A stretch of DNA of 64,000 nt. Origin: Candidatus Poribacteria bacterium. Its GTDB lineage: Bacteria; Poribacteria; WGA-4E; JAJDTR01. This document shows positions 1-9,447 of this stretch, in pieces. Position 1 is the first letter of the stretch. Each line of letters begins with the position of its first letter. Location: positions 7,562 to 71,561 of the forward strand of contig JAPPIK010000015.1 of assembly GCA_028820655.1 (NCBI GenBank), given 5' to 3'. The position numbers and the translations under genes were made by a program. The notes under the pieces were generated by a model, which was not told where the DNA came from, did not search any database, and worked only from the letters and a program-made list of their open reading frames with translations.

Positions 1-348
1 GGCAGAGTCAGCGCTGCCCCGCTGACCGACACGGCTGATGGAGACCGACCATGCAAAGTCGCCGGCGCCGGGATTCGCCGGGTCGCGGTCTCCGGGGTGA
101 AGTTCGGCCGTGCGGTTCCACTTCTTTCCGTCCCACTCGAAGATTATGGCGATGCTGTCCTTTTTGTTGTGCGCCAATATAAATCCTCCGAGGATGAGGG
201 AGTCTCCGATGATATCGACGCACACGTGGCTGTTTGTCGCTCCCTTGTCGACACCAATCAGCTTGACACCCTTTCCGGCAAAGGCAGTTGCCGTCATTAA
301 TCCAAGGATACAGCAGACGAGGATGCGCTTTGGTATCTTCATCATCAT
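1..348 (-). CDS. Secreted FG-GAP-repeat protein, N-terminal part (runs off window edge)
   Basis: Frame read by hand from ATG at 348 (GGAG upstream): MMMKIPKRILVCCILGLMTATAFA signal peptide, then '...IFEWDGKKWNRTAELHPGD...DFAWSVSIS' FG-GAP-like; no stop before position 1. Confidence 0.65.
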   Translation of the reverse strand, partial: MMMKIPKRILVCCILGLMTATAFAGKGVKLIGVDKGATNSHVCVDIIGDSLILGGFILAHNKKDSIAIIFEWDGKKWNRTAELHPGDRDPANPGAGDFAWSVSISRVGQRGSADSA

Positions 349-528
349 GAATCTCCATTCACTGTTGCTGGTCAGGATTGTGCAATTTATTTCGAGCGGC
401 GACGGCTCGATTCCGCGTACATCCGTGTAGCCTGCAACGAATATTGGACGTGGTATTTTTTTGGTGCGACATCTTTCCAAAAATAACCTGGATTGTGATG
501 GCATCGACCAACGATGTTTGCGGCCCAC

Positions 529-647
529 GGGGCTCTCTATGGGATCTCTACCGCGTTCGCTATTCACTCACTTGCTGGATCTCTACCGCGTTCGCTATTC
601 ACTCACTTGCTGGATCTCTACCGCGCTTGATTTCCACTCGCTTGATC
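529..647 (+). repeat. Family A '35-bp patch' repeat, 3 tandem units (period 35) plus a 5' stutter
   Basis: ggatctctaccgcgttcgctattcactcacttgct at 542 and 577 identical; third variant at 612; followed by cctat(a). Confidence 0.9.
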
Positions 648-666
648 CTATAGGATTGTGCGTGAA

Positions 667-699
667 AGAAATCAAGTTTTCAAGAAAAAACTTGATTTC
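667..699. repeat. Palindromic REP-like element AGAAATCAAGTTTTCAAGAAAAAACTTGATTTC (also ~25848-25880, partial ~4260)
   Basis: GAAATCAAGTTTT / AAAACTTGATTTC inverted arms; recurs in the window. Confidence 0.75.
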
Positions 700-956
700 G
701 GTGGTTTCGGGAAAAAACTCGGCTTCTGCGCTTTCGAGATGAGAGCGCACAACTTGGATTAACTCTGAAATTGCGCTTGAAGCCTTAACCGGAGAGGCTT
801 GAAGCGCCACGGGAGTGCGCTAAAGTGCGCGCGTATTTTTCGGTCCACTTATTGAGGAACGCCCAGAAAGCGGGTTAGATAGTATTGATTCCGCTAGGAA
901 TATGCCTCGCTCAATCTGGTTCCCCATCCGGTCTTTACTAGTCTTAGTGAACGCTT

Positions 957-992
957 GGATCCCTATCGCACTCGCTGTCCACTCGCTTGATC
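957..992 (+). repeat. Family A patch unit
   Basis: ggatccctatcgcactcgctgtccactcgcttgatc. Confidence 0.85.
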
Positions 993-1344
993 ACCGCTTT
1001 TCTCTTGAAGCGATATAGTGAAATGAGATGCCAACGGAGCGTCGATTTAAGCGATGTGTTGACATTTCCTGAATTTGAGAATTCCTTTGCTGGAGCGGGT
1101 TCTCAGGATTCGTAGTGCCAACAAAATGCCAAAAAGAAAATAATGTTACACCGCCATGGCGGATGGTACCGTATAATATACCACACAACTGTTAAGTTTT
1201 CAATGTAAAAGTAACGAATTGCGGGCGGGAAGAAAAGTGGAAAATTTCAATCAAGGCACAGTTTTTCAAATCTAACCAAGGAGCGAAAAATGGGTGTCGT
1301 TCGATCATGCGCTATACAGATTGGGCTATGCTGGCGCTTGTAAA

Positions 1345-1545
1345 GGCTGGTGCGCGGGGAGTGGCCACATCACGATTCTATTGACATTGCACTCCGCTGG
1401 AGTGCAGGAATTAGGATCGTCGCCTTCTATAGACATTGGGGAATTCGATCGCAGTCACTTTTCGTTCCCTTGATCGCTCATTATTCATTCGCTTGATTGC
1501 AGTGCGCACCCTACAAGGAATGGTGGGCGGTGCCCACCCTACATA
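1345..1545 (+). repeat. Composite REP cluster: family B hairpin (GACATTGCACTCCGCTGGAGTGCA), family A units, GTAG/CTAC-type REPs
   Basis: 1354-1441 is close to 4068-4155; GCAGTGCGCACCCTAC and GGTGGGCGGTGCCCACCCTAC follow. Confidence 0.85.
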
Positions 1546-1560
1546 TGTGCAAAGGGGAGC

Positions 1561-2586
1561 TTACATAATCGCGGCGAAGGTTTGGCGGACCAACTCCTGC
1601 GTATCGAATTTGGCGCGCGCAGTGACGACAAGCCGTTCGGCTAGTTCATCTTGGTCGACGCTGGTGAGTTGACGCGCTCTACCCGCCCAGTCCGATCGAA
1701 TGCCATTGACGCCTCGATAAGCCCCAGCGATTGCTCCGCCCATGGTGGATATCGTGTCCGCATCGCGTCCAAAGTTGGCGCCGTAGGTCACCATTTTTTC
1801 CACATCCCCTTCGGCGAGACGGAAAAGCGCCAGCGTCATGGGAACCGTCTCCCGCGAGTCACAGGCAAGCCGACGGAAGAAATGCTCCTCGTTGGCGTAC
1901 ACAGTCTGCCGGAACGTCCCGTAATCCTTCGTCTCATCCGCAGTCCCCAATGCCTTGTTAATGAGCTCCAACATCTCCGCGCCGCTCACCGGCACGATGG
2001 CGTCGAGCGCGGCGTTAAGAATGGAGTCAACACTCGCCTCGAGATGGAACGCCGCCGCGACCGATGCGGCAATAGCGGCTGCGCCGTCTTGGCAAAATGA
2101 TACATCGTGGATATGGATGAGGCTTGCCAAGCTGTAGGCTTGCTCCGCCGCTTGCCGCGGGTTACAGGCATTGACAATCCCGACCGGCGCGATACACATG
2201 GCGGAACTTGAACTGGGCATGTTACCCAGCGCCGCCATTCGAGGGATACTGTGGCGGCGCAGTTTAACCGCCGTGTGGAGCACCGACTGGAAGAATTTGT
2301 TCACCTTGTCGCCGAAGATGTCGTCCCAACGGTCGAGCCATACCCTAGCCCAATCGTCATAGGTGGCGTATCCCTCCGTGCGGATAAGCGCCTCCGCCAA
2401 GAGGTATTTCATTACCGTGTCATCGGTGCCGTCGCAATCAAAATCCGCCACCCAGCCGAACCGCTCTTCGATTTCGGTATAGCGCATGTTCTCGGTCGGC
2501 GTCCCGATGGCGTCTCCGATCAAACCGCCTAGCAACGAGCCGAGCGTTTTTTGGAAATAGAGGGTGGTACGTAAAGTCCCAGTCAT
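1561..2586 (-). CDS. ADP-ribosylglycohydrolase family protein
   Basis: GDAIGTPTE, GTDDT and GRDADTISTMGGAIAGA motifs. Confidence 0.92.
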   Translation of the reverse strand: MTGTLRTTLYFQKTLGSLLGGLIGDAIGTPTENMRYTEIEERFGWVADFDCDGTDDTVMKYLLAEALIRTEGYATYDDWARVWLDRWDDIFGDKVNKFFQSVLHTAVKLRRHSIPRMAALGNMPSSSSAMCIAPVGIVNACNPRQAAEQAYSLASLIHIHDVSFCQDGAAAIAASVAAAFHLEASVDSILNAALDAIVPVSGAEMLELINKALGTADETKDYGTFRQTVYANEEHFFRRLACDSRETVPMTLALFRLAEGDVEKMVTYGANFGRDADTISTMGGAIAGAYRGVNGIRSDWAGRARQLTSVDQDELAERLVVTARAKFDTQELVRQTFAAIM

Positions 2587-2605
2587 CTCACTTAATCTCC
2601 CGTCG

Positions 2606-3784
2606 TCAATTCGATTCGTGGGGAAGAAATCCGGAGAACGGTCGCGCGGGCTGTTGTTCGACTTCCGGCAATGGCTCTATAATTCTCTGTTGATCCATCA
2701 ACGCCGCCTCAACCTTAGCAATCCTGGCGCTGAGTTCGGTCAGCGCCGCGTCCTGCTTCCGGATGACCTCTTGCTGCTCCTTGATGGACTCGACCAACAG
2801 GGGAACCAGACGCGCATAGTCCACCGATTTGGCGTCGCGCCCGTTTTGCTCGTATGCCACTACCTCGGGCACCACCTCGCCCACCTCCTCGGCAATCAGC
2901 CCGATGTCGTGCTTTCCATCTTCCCGCCAGTCGAAAGACACGCCGCGCAGTTGCTCCACCTTGTGCAACGCCCCTTCAATGGGTGTGATGTGCGTTTTCC
3001 ATCGTCTCGAGCTGTACGTCGTCCACCCATCAGCGATGGGGTCGGTCTCGGAGGAGCGCTTGACGGTGAGGATGTTCTCTGGGGGTCGGACGCCGATACC
3101 GATGTTGCCATTGGGGAATATGACGTGGGGGCGCGCGTTGTTCGGGACGATGCGCATCGCGTAGACAAGCTCGTTGATCTCCCCGTCGAGCGACATCAGG
3201 GACAGCGTACGAGGTTTCTGGGGCCGGCTGGGCTGCGCCCAGTTTGCACCGATGTTGAGATCGCGCACACCTTGCCCGTAAAAATCGTAATTCCATTGGA
3301 TGATATGGTTCGCCAACGGCACGGTGGTCTGGGTTCGCTGGAACGACATGAACTCATCCTGAATATCGAACTCGTGCCCGGGCTTACCGTTCCCGTTCTC
3401 CCACACCTCGAAGAACAGGGCGTTGTGGTCGGCGATAATCCGCCAGTAGCCGTAATCGGCTCGGTAGCTCTGTTGGTCGCTTTCCTTCAGCCACAGCGCC
3501 GGACCGCCGCTCTCCACCTGCAGCACGTTGCCGTAGATGTGCACCTTGTTTTCCGGCTCCGTCGTCCCGATGCCGAAATTGTCGTTCACTTCGACAATCC
3601 CGGTTGCGCTGATGGTGCCGGGGGTCGTGAATTTCGTTACATGATTGACGGAGGCTTTACCCACGGCCTCGACATTCTGCGGGTGGGCTTTTGAGTCATT
3701 ATTCGGAAACAGGAGGCCCGACAAAATGGCAAACGCCAAAAGCGTCCGAAATGTGATTCGGTGAATTTTAGTTTTTGTGTGCAT
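2606..3784 (-). CDS. Exported protein with C-terminal peptidase S74 intramolecular chaperone (tail-fibre-type) domain
   Basis: GIGTTEP/GNIGIG repeats, YSSRRWKTHI, LRGVSFDW, IGLIAEEV..VVPEVV, VDYARLVPLLVESIKEQQ coiled coil; start set at MHTKT (3784) because the longer ORF runs through repeats. Confidence 0.85.
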   Translation of the reverse strand: MHTKTKIHRITFRTLLAFAILSGLLFPNNDSKAHPQNVEAVGKASVNHVTKFTTPGTISATGIVEVNDNFGIGTTEPENKVHIYGNVLQVESGGPALWLKESDQQSYRADYGYWRIIADHNALFFEVWENGNGKPGHEFDIQDEFMSFQRTQTTVPLANHIIQWNYDFYGQGVRDLNIGANWAQPSRPQKPRTLSLMSLDGEINELVYAMRIVPNNARPHVIFPNGNIGIGVRPPENILTVKRSSETDPIADGWTTYSSRRWKTHITPIEGALHKVEQLRGVSFDWREDGKHDIGLIAEEVGEVVPEVVAYEQNGRDAKSVDYARLVPLLVESIKEQQEVIRKQDAALTELSARIAKVEAALMDQQRIIEPLPEVEQQPARPFSGFLPHESN

Positions 3785-3819
3785 TTTTCTTCTTTTGCCT
3801 TTCCGTTCAAGTAACATTC

Positions 3820-4240
3820 GACATTGCACTCCGCTGGAGTGCAGACGCGGGGTGGAATCGTGTTCTATTGACATTGCACTCCGCTGGAGTGCAGGAATTA
3901 GGTTCGTCGCCATCTACAGACAATGGGGATCTCTATCGCGGAATTTGGTATCGTGCGCGCTATTCGCTTGCTTTATCGCCGGTGCCGCCCTCAAAGGCTG
4001 GTGCGCAGTGCGCACCCTACATATGTACAAAGTCGAGCTTACCGCTGGATTTGCCAATCCAGCAGGAGCGGGGAGTGGGTGCATCACGATTCTATTGACA
4101 TTGCACTCCGCCGGAGTGCAGGAATTAGGTTCGTCGCCATCTACAAACATTGGGGATATCTATGAGATCTCTATGGGAATTCTATCGCGGTCGTAATTCG
4201 CTCCCTTGATTCCATCCTACAACTATTCGCTCGCTTAATC
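3820..4240 (+). repeat. Composite REP cluster (3 family B hairpins, family A units at ~3925-3975 and ~4152-4240, CTAC-type REP)
   Basis: Repeated gacattgcactccgc(t/c)ggagtgca; ggggatctctatcgc...cgcttg. Confidence 0.85.
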
Positions 4241-4395
4241 CTACGGAATTGTGCGAGATAGAAACCAAGTTTTCAAGAAATAGTATAAGAAACGTGTCTC
4301 CATGGCTGTTCTCCTTTCTTTCTCAATAGTGCTTTCCAACTTGCCCCATTAATTATACTATCCGCAAAGCGCTTAGGGGCAATATGCAAGTAGAA

Positions 4396-4459
4396 CATGC
4401 TGCCAGCTTGTTCCAATGCGCTCAATTGAGTCTTTGAACGAGCTAGCGGCACGTTCTAC
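4396..4459. repeat. Inverted pair of GTAG/CTAC REP-like hairpins
   Basis: gtagaacatgctgccagcttgttc ... gaacgagctagcggcacgttctac. Confidence 0.65.
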
Positions 4460-4536
4460 GAGATTAACTGAAAAACTCTTATTTGCAACTGATTAACAGC
4501 ATCAATCGACATACATGCTGAAAGTCTGCTAATTCT

Positions 4537-5442
4537 TTAGTATAATATACCATATTCCGCACCAACCACATTCCCTTTGACATAGGCATCGCGAAAGAGC
4601 GTCTGGCGTTTAGGCGGCATGGATTCGAGCAATTTCGCGTGGGGTTTTGACCGTGTCCACCGTCTGTCAACCGAATTGTACGCATTAAAGACGCAAACAC
4701 GGTCATATTCTTTGTTCGTCCACGGTTGACCGCTGTGGGTGATTCCCTCCGTAAAAATGATGACCGAACCCGCTGGACATGAATAGGTGTCCCAAAGTGC
4801 AGAGTTCGGATCGTGCAGGGATTCTGGCGCACTGAACGCGGACTTATGGCTTCCACTCACAAACAGCGTCCCCCCGTCTCCCTTTTCAACCGGGTTGAAT
4901 TCCCAGACGACGCGGGTGAGCCCCAAATACGCCTTACCCGGAATGCAGTGGTATTCCATGCAGTCACCCGGCAAACGAAACATACCATTGCCGTTGTGCG
5001 GCATGAATGAAAACGGCTTCTTATCTTTGGCTGAACGCAACGCAGGGAAGCTCATCTCCATGCGGAAGCCGTAGCATTCCTCACTCTGTAGATGCGGGCT
5101 CGCTAAAAACTCGTTCGCAAAGCCGACAACGACCGGATGATCAGTGAGGGTTTGCAAAGGACCGCCATACGTCGATCTTTCGTGCTCGGGGATCGATTCT
5201 CGATCATCACGCAGACGATAACAGAACTCGCGCATCTCCTCAATCTCCGATTCCGTCAGGACACCGGGGATCAGAACCCAGCCGTCCTTATCAAGAATGT
5301 ATTTCTGTTCTTGTGTAGGTGGAATGATAGGTCTGCCATCGGCGTTGGTTTGGCTGAAATCCTCTGCCGTGAAATCGAAGGGCTTGCCCAAATCCATGTT
5401 GAAGATTAACGGATTGCCGTAGTTGCTTTCTTTGCTTCCCAT
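4537..5442 (-). CDS. Phytanoyl-CoA dioxygenase (PhyH) family Fe(II)/2OG enzyme
   Basis: DGWVLIPGVLT, GGTLFVSGSHK, CPAGSVIIFTEGITHSG; first His in PHNG. Confidence 0.88.
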   Translation of the reverse strand: MGSKESNYGNPLIFNMDLGKPFDFTAEDFSQTNADGRPIIPPTQEQKYILDKDGWVLIPGVLTESEIEEMREFCYRLRDDRESIPEHERSTYGGPLQTLTDHPVVVGFANEFLASPHLQSEECYGFRMEMSFPALRSAKDKKPFSFMPHNGNGMFRLPGDCMEYHCIPGKAYLGLTRVVWEFNPVEKGDGGTLFVSGSHKSAFSAPESLHDPNSALWDTYSCPAGSVIIFTEGITHSGQPWTNKEYDRVCVFNAYNSVDRRWTRSKPHAKLLESMPPKRQTLFRDAYVKGNVVGAEYGILY

Positions 5443-5974
5443 GATTAGCTCCTTCTATAACGCCGTTAGTTCTCTGTTTTCTGAATTGACGATTGTAGTG
5501 ACGATAAAGTGGTTAAAAGCGAATAAATCTCCAACCACTGTTGAAGATTCACAATTTATTCGCGCACCTGCGACACTTGATGGGTTGTTCGTTTGTCGTA
5601 AGCCACGAAGCGCGGTCCAATTGCAGGAATCGGCACTCTACTTCTTTGGCGGGATTGGGGGAGTTGTTTAGCCCATGACTTAAAGCGAGGTGGCGTTGCT
5701 TGGTCTCAATACGTTGCGCAGTTTATCCCGATCTCATCGGGGCTCCTACTCGACCGCCGCCGGTTGCGGAGCTTTGTTGTGATGGAAGAAGGGAGACTAT
5801 ATTCGCTTTTCTGCTTAAGCCAGCCCCATGTTGTTCTGAGCTTGCCAGCAGGGGAGACAGGATACTTATACCATTTCTCTAAAATGCGAGTGCATTAATT
5901 ACGCGGATCAAGTAAAGATTCTTGAGTGGAGGAAAGTAAGAAGCCTCGTCTCGGCGCAAAGCCAGCAGGGCAAG

Positions 5975-6120
5975 GGGATTTGCTATCGCCATCGCTATTC
6001 ACTCCGTTGATGGATCTCTATCGCACTCCTTGTTCAGTCGCTTGATTCCCGCCTACGATGAACGAGAACGATATGGTTAAGACATCTTATGCACTATTAT
6101 TCAAGCGAAATGGTATTAGC
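5975..6120 (+). repeat. Two family A units inside a REP hairpin plus ~110-bp segment duplicated at 8942-9050
   Basis: caggggcaagg[A][A]tcccgcctac; downstream aacgatatggttaa...ttattcaagcgaaa shared with ~8998-9050. Confidence 0.8.
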
Positions 6121-6423
6121 AGTACCAAACCAGGCAGGAGTCCTGCCAAAAACGGGGTTGTTCGTTAGTCTGCGTTGATTGTTCCCATCGGCATCCATAA
6201 CGTAGATTTCGCTGCGCACCGGTGGATTCCCTGGATGACGTCCACCGGACCCGAAGGCGATCATTGATTCTTCGGGCGCTTGTGCGTTTATAAATAGCAC
6301 AACTACGCTCAACAGTAGCACGCAACTTAGCGCGATAAACGCAAGTTTCTTTTTCGTCGTAAAACCCCTTTTAAAGTTTTGGAAGCAGGATGATGAAGTA
6401 TCACTATATTCGTGAGAATTCAC
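6097..6423 (-). pseudogene. Minimal/internally deleted TolB-like (PD40) protein
   Basis: Signal-like N-terminus, MIAFGS, SEIYVMDADGNNQRRLTNNP, PAW: only about one propeller blade; start uncertain. Confidence 0.6.
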
Positions 6424-6635
6424 ACCGGAACTGGATCCGTACCTGAAGCGTGAAGCGTAACACGTAATAAAGTTAGTTACGCATCACGCATTAAGCATTA
6501 CACATGGTTGATACTCCCCAGTGGCTGGATTTTCTCAAGCATTTAGTGATACTTCAGAAAAACGAACTATCCCTCGATATTGTAGGACTTCTGCCAAGAA
6601 CATCGGATTTATCCTTCTTAGGGTGCACCCCGCCC

Positions 6636-7667
6636 TCACCCGGCCAGATAATCGGCGATTTGTTTGGGGTGTCCATCAAGTGTGGTTTCCATTGCAGCGA
6701 TGACCATAGCAAAACTCTTAATATTATCTTCAATCCTTGTGGCAGAAGGGGTTCGACCATCAAGCCAGTTGAGAAATTCATCAAACAGATACTCATGACC
6801 GGAGCGGGAAATGGCCGGCGCTTCGTATACCTCCGTTTGCTTGCCGACTCGGTGGATGGTCATTTGATTGCCACCGGCGATCTCAACACTTCCGTCTTCA
6901 AACTCGGCGCGATAGTATTCCTTGTACCAGCAGTTGGTAATTCCCGCGGCTGAGCTATTCCCCTCGTAACAGGTGTGAATTCCGTTGTCCATACGCATCA
7001 AATAGAATCCGCTTGAATGATGTTTAAAACTTGACCATTCTGGGTTCCAACCCAAGCCCATCAACGTTTCACAGTCACCACCGGAGAGAAATCGCATCAT
7101 GTCGAAATGGTGTACCGATCCTTCAAAGAGCAATGCGAAGTCCATATCATGGCGCCACGATTTACCCCATGATTCGTAGCGTCGATAATCACAGGCATAC
7201 CGCCCGACGATATGCTGTAGACGTCCCAGACGCTCTTCCTCTCTGATGCGTACCAGCTCCCGCTTGTTGGCCGCATAACGATAGTTTTGGATAATAGCAC
7301 AGGGGAGAGCCGCCTTTTTTACTGCTTCCATCATCGTTTTCGCCGCTTCCAGTGTGTCGGCAATGGGCTTTTCACAGATGACCGGCATTCCATTCTCCAT
7401 AGCTGCCACGGCGGCCGGTGAGTGGAATTGCGGGGGCGTTGCAATCGCACAGAAATCTGCCTTGACTGTGGCACATGCCTCGTTAAAGTCGGTGAACAGG
7501 CTGTTTTTTCCAAGACCGAGTGCTTTCCCCTGATGTTCAAGCACATCCTGTTTCACATCCACTACGCCAACAATCTTCATTCGGTTATTAAATTTTTCCT
7601 TGAGCATATCGATCATGCCCCCTCCCCTGCCGCTCCCGCCAATCACCAAACACGTTTTTATTGCCAT
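6636..7667 (-). CDS. Gfo/Idh/MocA family oxidoreductase
   Basis: IATPPQFH, VICEKP, QNYRY, EGSVHHFD; GGAGG RBS before ATG 7667. Confidence 0.92.
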   Translation of the reverse strand: MAIKTCLVIGGSGRGGGMIDMLKEKFNNRMKIVGVVDVKQDVLEHQGKALGLGKNSLFTDFNEACATVKADFCAIATPPQFHSPAAVAAMENGMPVICEKPIADTLEAAKTMMEAVKKAALPCAIIQNYRYAANKRELVRIREEERLGRLQHIVGRYACDYRRYESWGKSWRHDMDFALLFEGSVHHFDMMRFLSGGDCETLMGLGWNPEWSSFKHHSSGFYLMRMDNGIHTCYEGNSSAAGITNCWYKEYYRAEFEDGSVEIAGGNQMTIHRVGKQTEVYEAPAISRSGHEYLFDEFLNWLDGRTPSATRIEDNIKSFAMVIAAMETTLDGHPKQIADYLAG

Positions 7668-7744
7668 AAGTAACACCTCCATAGAGAAATGCCTGAAGTT
7701 TGGGCGCGGCTGTAAGCCAACGCGTGCCTGCTACTTTTCAAACA

Positions 7745-7856
7745 GGCGCTAATGCGCGGATGAGGGTCACCTCCGCAGGGGGTGTCCGTTCCGTTGCTTG
7801 TTAGTCCGCGCGCCAGCGCCGACGATGGAGTGGACGTGCTGCCGCGGCTGTTGTAT
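7745..7856 (-). repeat. attC-like site downstream of DUF2071 gene
   Basis: Minus strand ATACAAC...GACTAACAAGC...CTCATCCGCGC ATTAGCGCC; direct repeat of 8604-8717. Confidence 0.55.
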
Positions 7857-8588
7857 TGCCAGCCGATCATCGATACGTTGTCCTTTCCTCACAATTACTG
7901 GCGAGCCGCTGGCCACGAAGGCTGAACTGGGCGGGGACGCAAGAACGAGAGCCAATTCAGAACCGCAGAATCCCGTCAAATCACCGATAAGCGTCGTTTC
8001 TGATGCGGTCCATACTTTCCATTGCGGGTATTCAACTTGATATTCAACTGTTCCGCCGTCTCTCTGGGCTGAATAGCCCCAGTAGTGCTCCGTAATGAAC
8101 TCTTCTTGCGAGCCTTTTCTCGGAAGACTCGCATCCCCAGAGAATCGAGCACCGATCGACAGCCAAGCCCCATCATGCCTCCAATGGTACTCTGCGCGCC
8201 CAACGGTCTCGAGTGAGGGGTCGGTCACGGTCGAGCGCGTCGGACAGGCTACGTAGTTCTCGTTGTAGAGCCATCGCGCGATCGAAGCAATCGCCTGCCT
8301 CGGCACGACCTCACGGATGAACACCACACCTCGACGCCAGCCCTCTGGTGCACGAGAACGCACATAGAAACGTAGATTAATCTCCTCGAAATCTCGGTGG
8401 AAAGGTATCGCCAGCCCCCGAACTCTTGTATTCAGAAAGCGAAATGCCACCAAGCTGATGAAGGTCGTACCCTCCCACGCATCGATCTCCGTTCCTCGCG
8501 GCGCATATCTCTGTAATGCCCTTGGCTCAATCGGGAAGTTGAGCATCACCAATCGTTGCCACTCGGCTGTAAGAAAAACCGTACTCAT
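7767..8588 (-). CDS. DUF2071/YqjF family protein
   Basis: FLTAEW..LVMLNF, FEEINLRFYV, RRGVVFI, EEFITEHYWGY; start MSTVFL; C-terminus reads into the repeat. Confidence 0.88.
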   Translation of the reverse strand: MSTVFLTAEWQRLVMLNFPIEPRALQRYAPRGTEIDAWEGTTFISLVAFRFLNTRVRGLAIPFHRDFEEINLRFYVRSRAPEGWRRGVVFIREVVPRQAIASIARWLYNENYVACPTRSTVTDPSLETVGRAEYHWRHDGAWLSIGARFSGDASLPRKGSQEEFITEHYWGYSAQRDGGTVEYQVEYPQWKVWTASETTLIGDLTGFCGSELALVLASPPSSAFVASGSPVIVRKGQRIDDRLAIQQPRQHVHSIVGAGARTNKQRNGHPLRR

Positions 8589-8603
8589 CGCGTATTCTTG
8601 TCC

Positions 8604-8717
8604 GTATAATCCTCGGGTGAGCGTCATCTCCACAGGGCGTGTTCGTTCCATCGCTTGTTAAGCCGCGCGCCAGCGCCGACGATGGAACGGAAGCACATCC
8701 GCGCATGTGTTAGCGCC
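8604..8717 (-). repeat. attC-like site upstream of DUF2071 gene
   Basis: Minus strand GGCGCTAAC...GCTTAACAAGCGATGG...GCTCACCCGAGG ATTATAC; internal stem cgttccatcg/cgatggaacg. Confidence 0.55.
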
Positions 8718-8929
8718 TGCGCGAAATCTATACTTCAGTAGCATATAATCTATCATACGCCAAGTCATGTGCCTATACATACGCTTTCAGGGGAAACGCA
8801 TCTAATTGCAGAAGAGATCTCATGGTGGTAGAACGTGTTGGGTTTCACTCAAATTTTGGCGCGTTCAAGCGAAATAATACCATTTCTCTACATTCGCAGT
8901 ACATTAATAGCGTCAATCAAGTTCTACCA

Positions 8930-9170
8930 AGGCGGGGCAAGGGGATCTCTATCGCACTCCTTGTTCAGTCGCTTGATTCCCGCCTGCGGAATAGGGAAAC
9001 GATATGGTTAAGGCGTCAAATGCACCTTTATTCAAGCGAAACGGTATAAGCACTCGCTTGAGGGATTTCTATCGCAGGATTTTCTATCGCACTCGCTATT
9101 CACTCGTTTGATCTCATTATCCATTCGCTTGAGGGATTTCTATCGCGCTCATTATCCATTCGCTTGATCC
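8930..9170 (+). repeat. Family A in REP hairpin, TolB-gene tail copy, then 4-5 tandem/partial family A units
   Basis: aggcggggcaag[A]tcccgcct; 9051-9169 cactcgcttgagggatttctatcgc... ending gatcctac. Confidence 0.85.
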
Positions 9171-9447
9171 TACAAGATTAGCGATTATTAACAGATTTCC
9201 GTTCAACCCAACCTACGACTGGCCGATTGTCTTGCCTCGTTGTCTTCTCGCTCGTTCTGATTACTGGCATGTTGCTTCCTCCAGTGCAGGTGTATTGAAC
9301 TTCTATTTATTTTGGGGGCGTCAAATCGATTGTCTATTTTAGCGATTGGCACATTCCGGTTCACCACGTGTTGTTGGGGATTCTAGGTGTTGCCATCATC
9401 GTTTCGCTGATTTACCGCATTCCGCAAAGACAGTGGCTGCGAACGAG

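Noticed and set aside
533-543. CTCTCTATGGG resembles part of an Ion Torrent/SOLiD P1 adapter
   Set aside because: Only 11 bp match at one locus. The family is polymorphic, intergenic-only and inherited through a duplication. A read-level check is still advised.
542-647. 35-bp direct repeats as a CRISPR array
   Set aside because: Units abut with no unique spacers, are degenerate and dispersed, and no cas genes are in the window.
2564-3694. 376-aa + strand ORF
   Set aside because: Antisense shadow of the S74-domain gene with no recognisable motifs.
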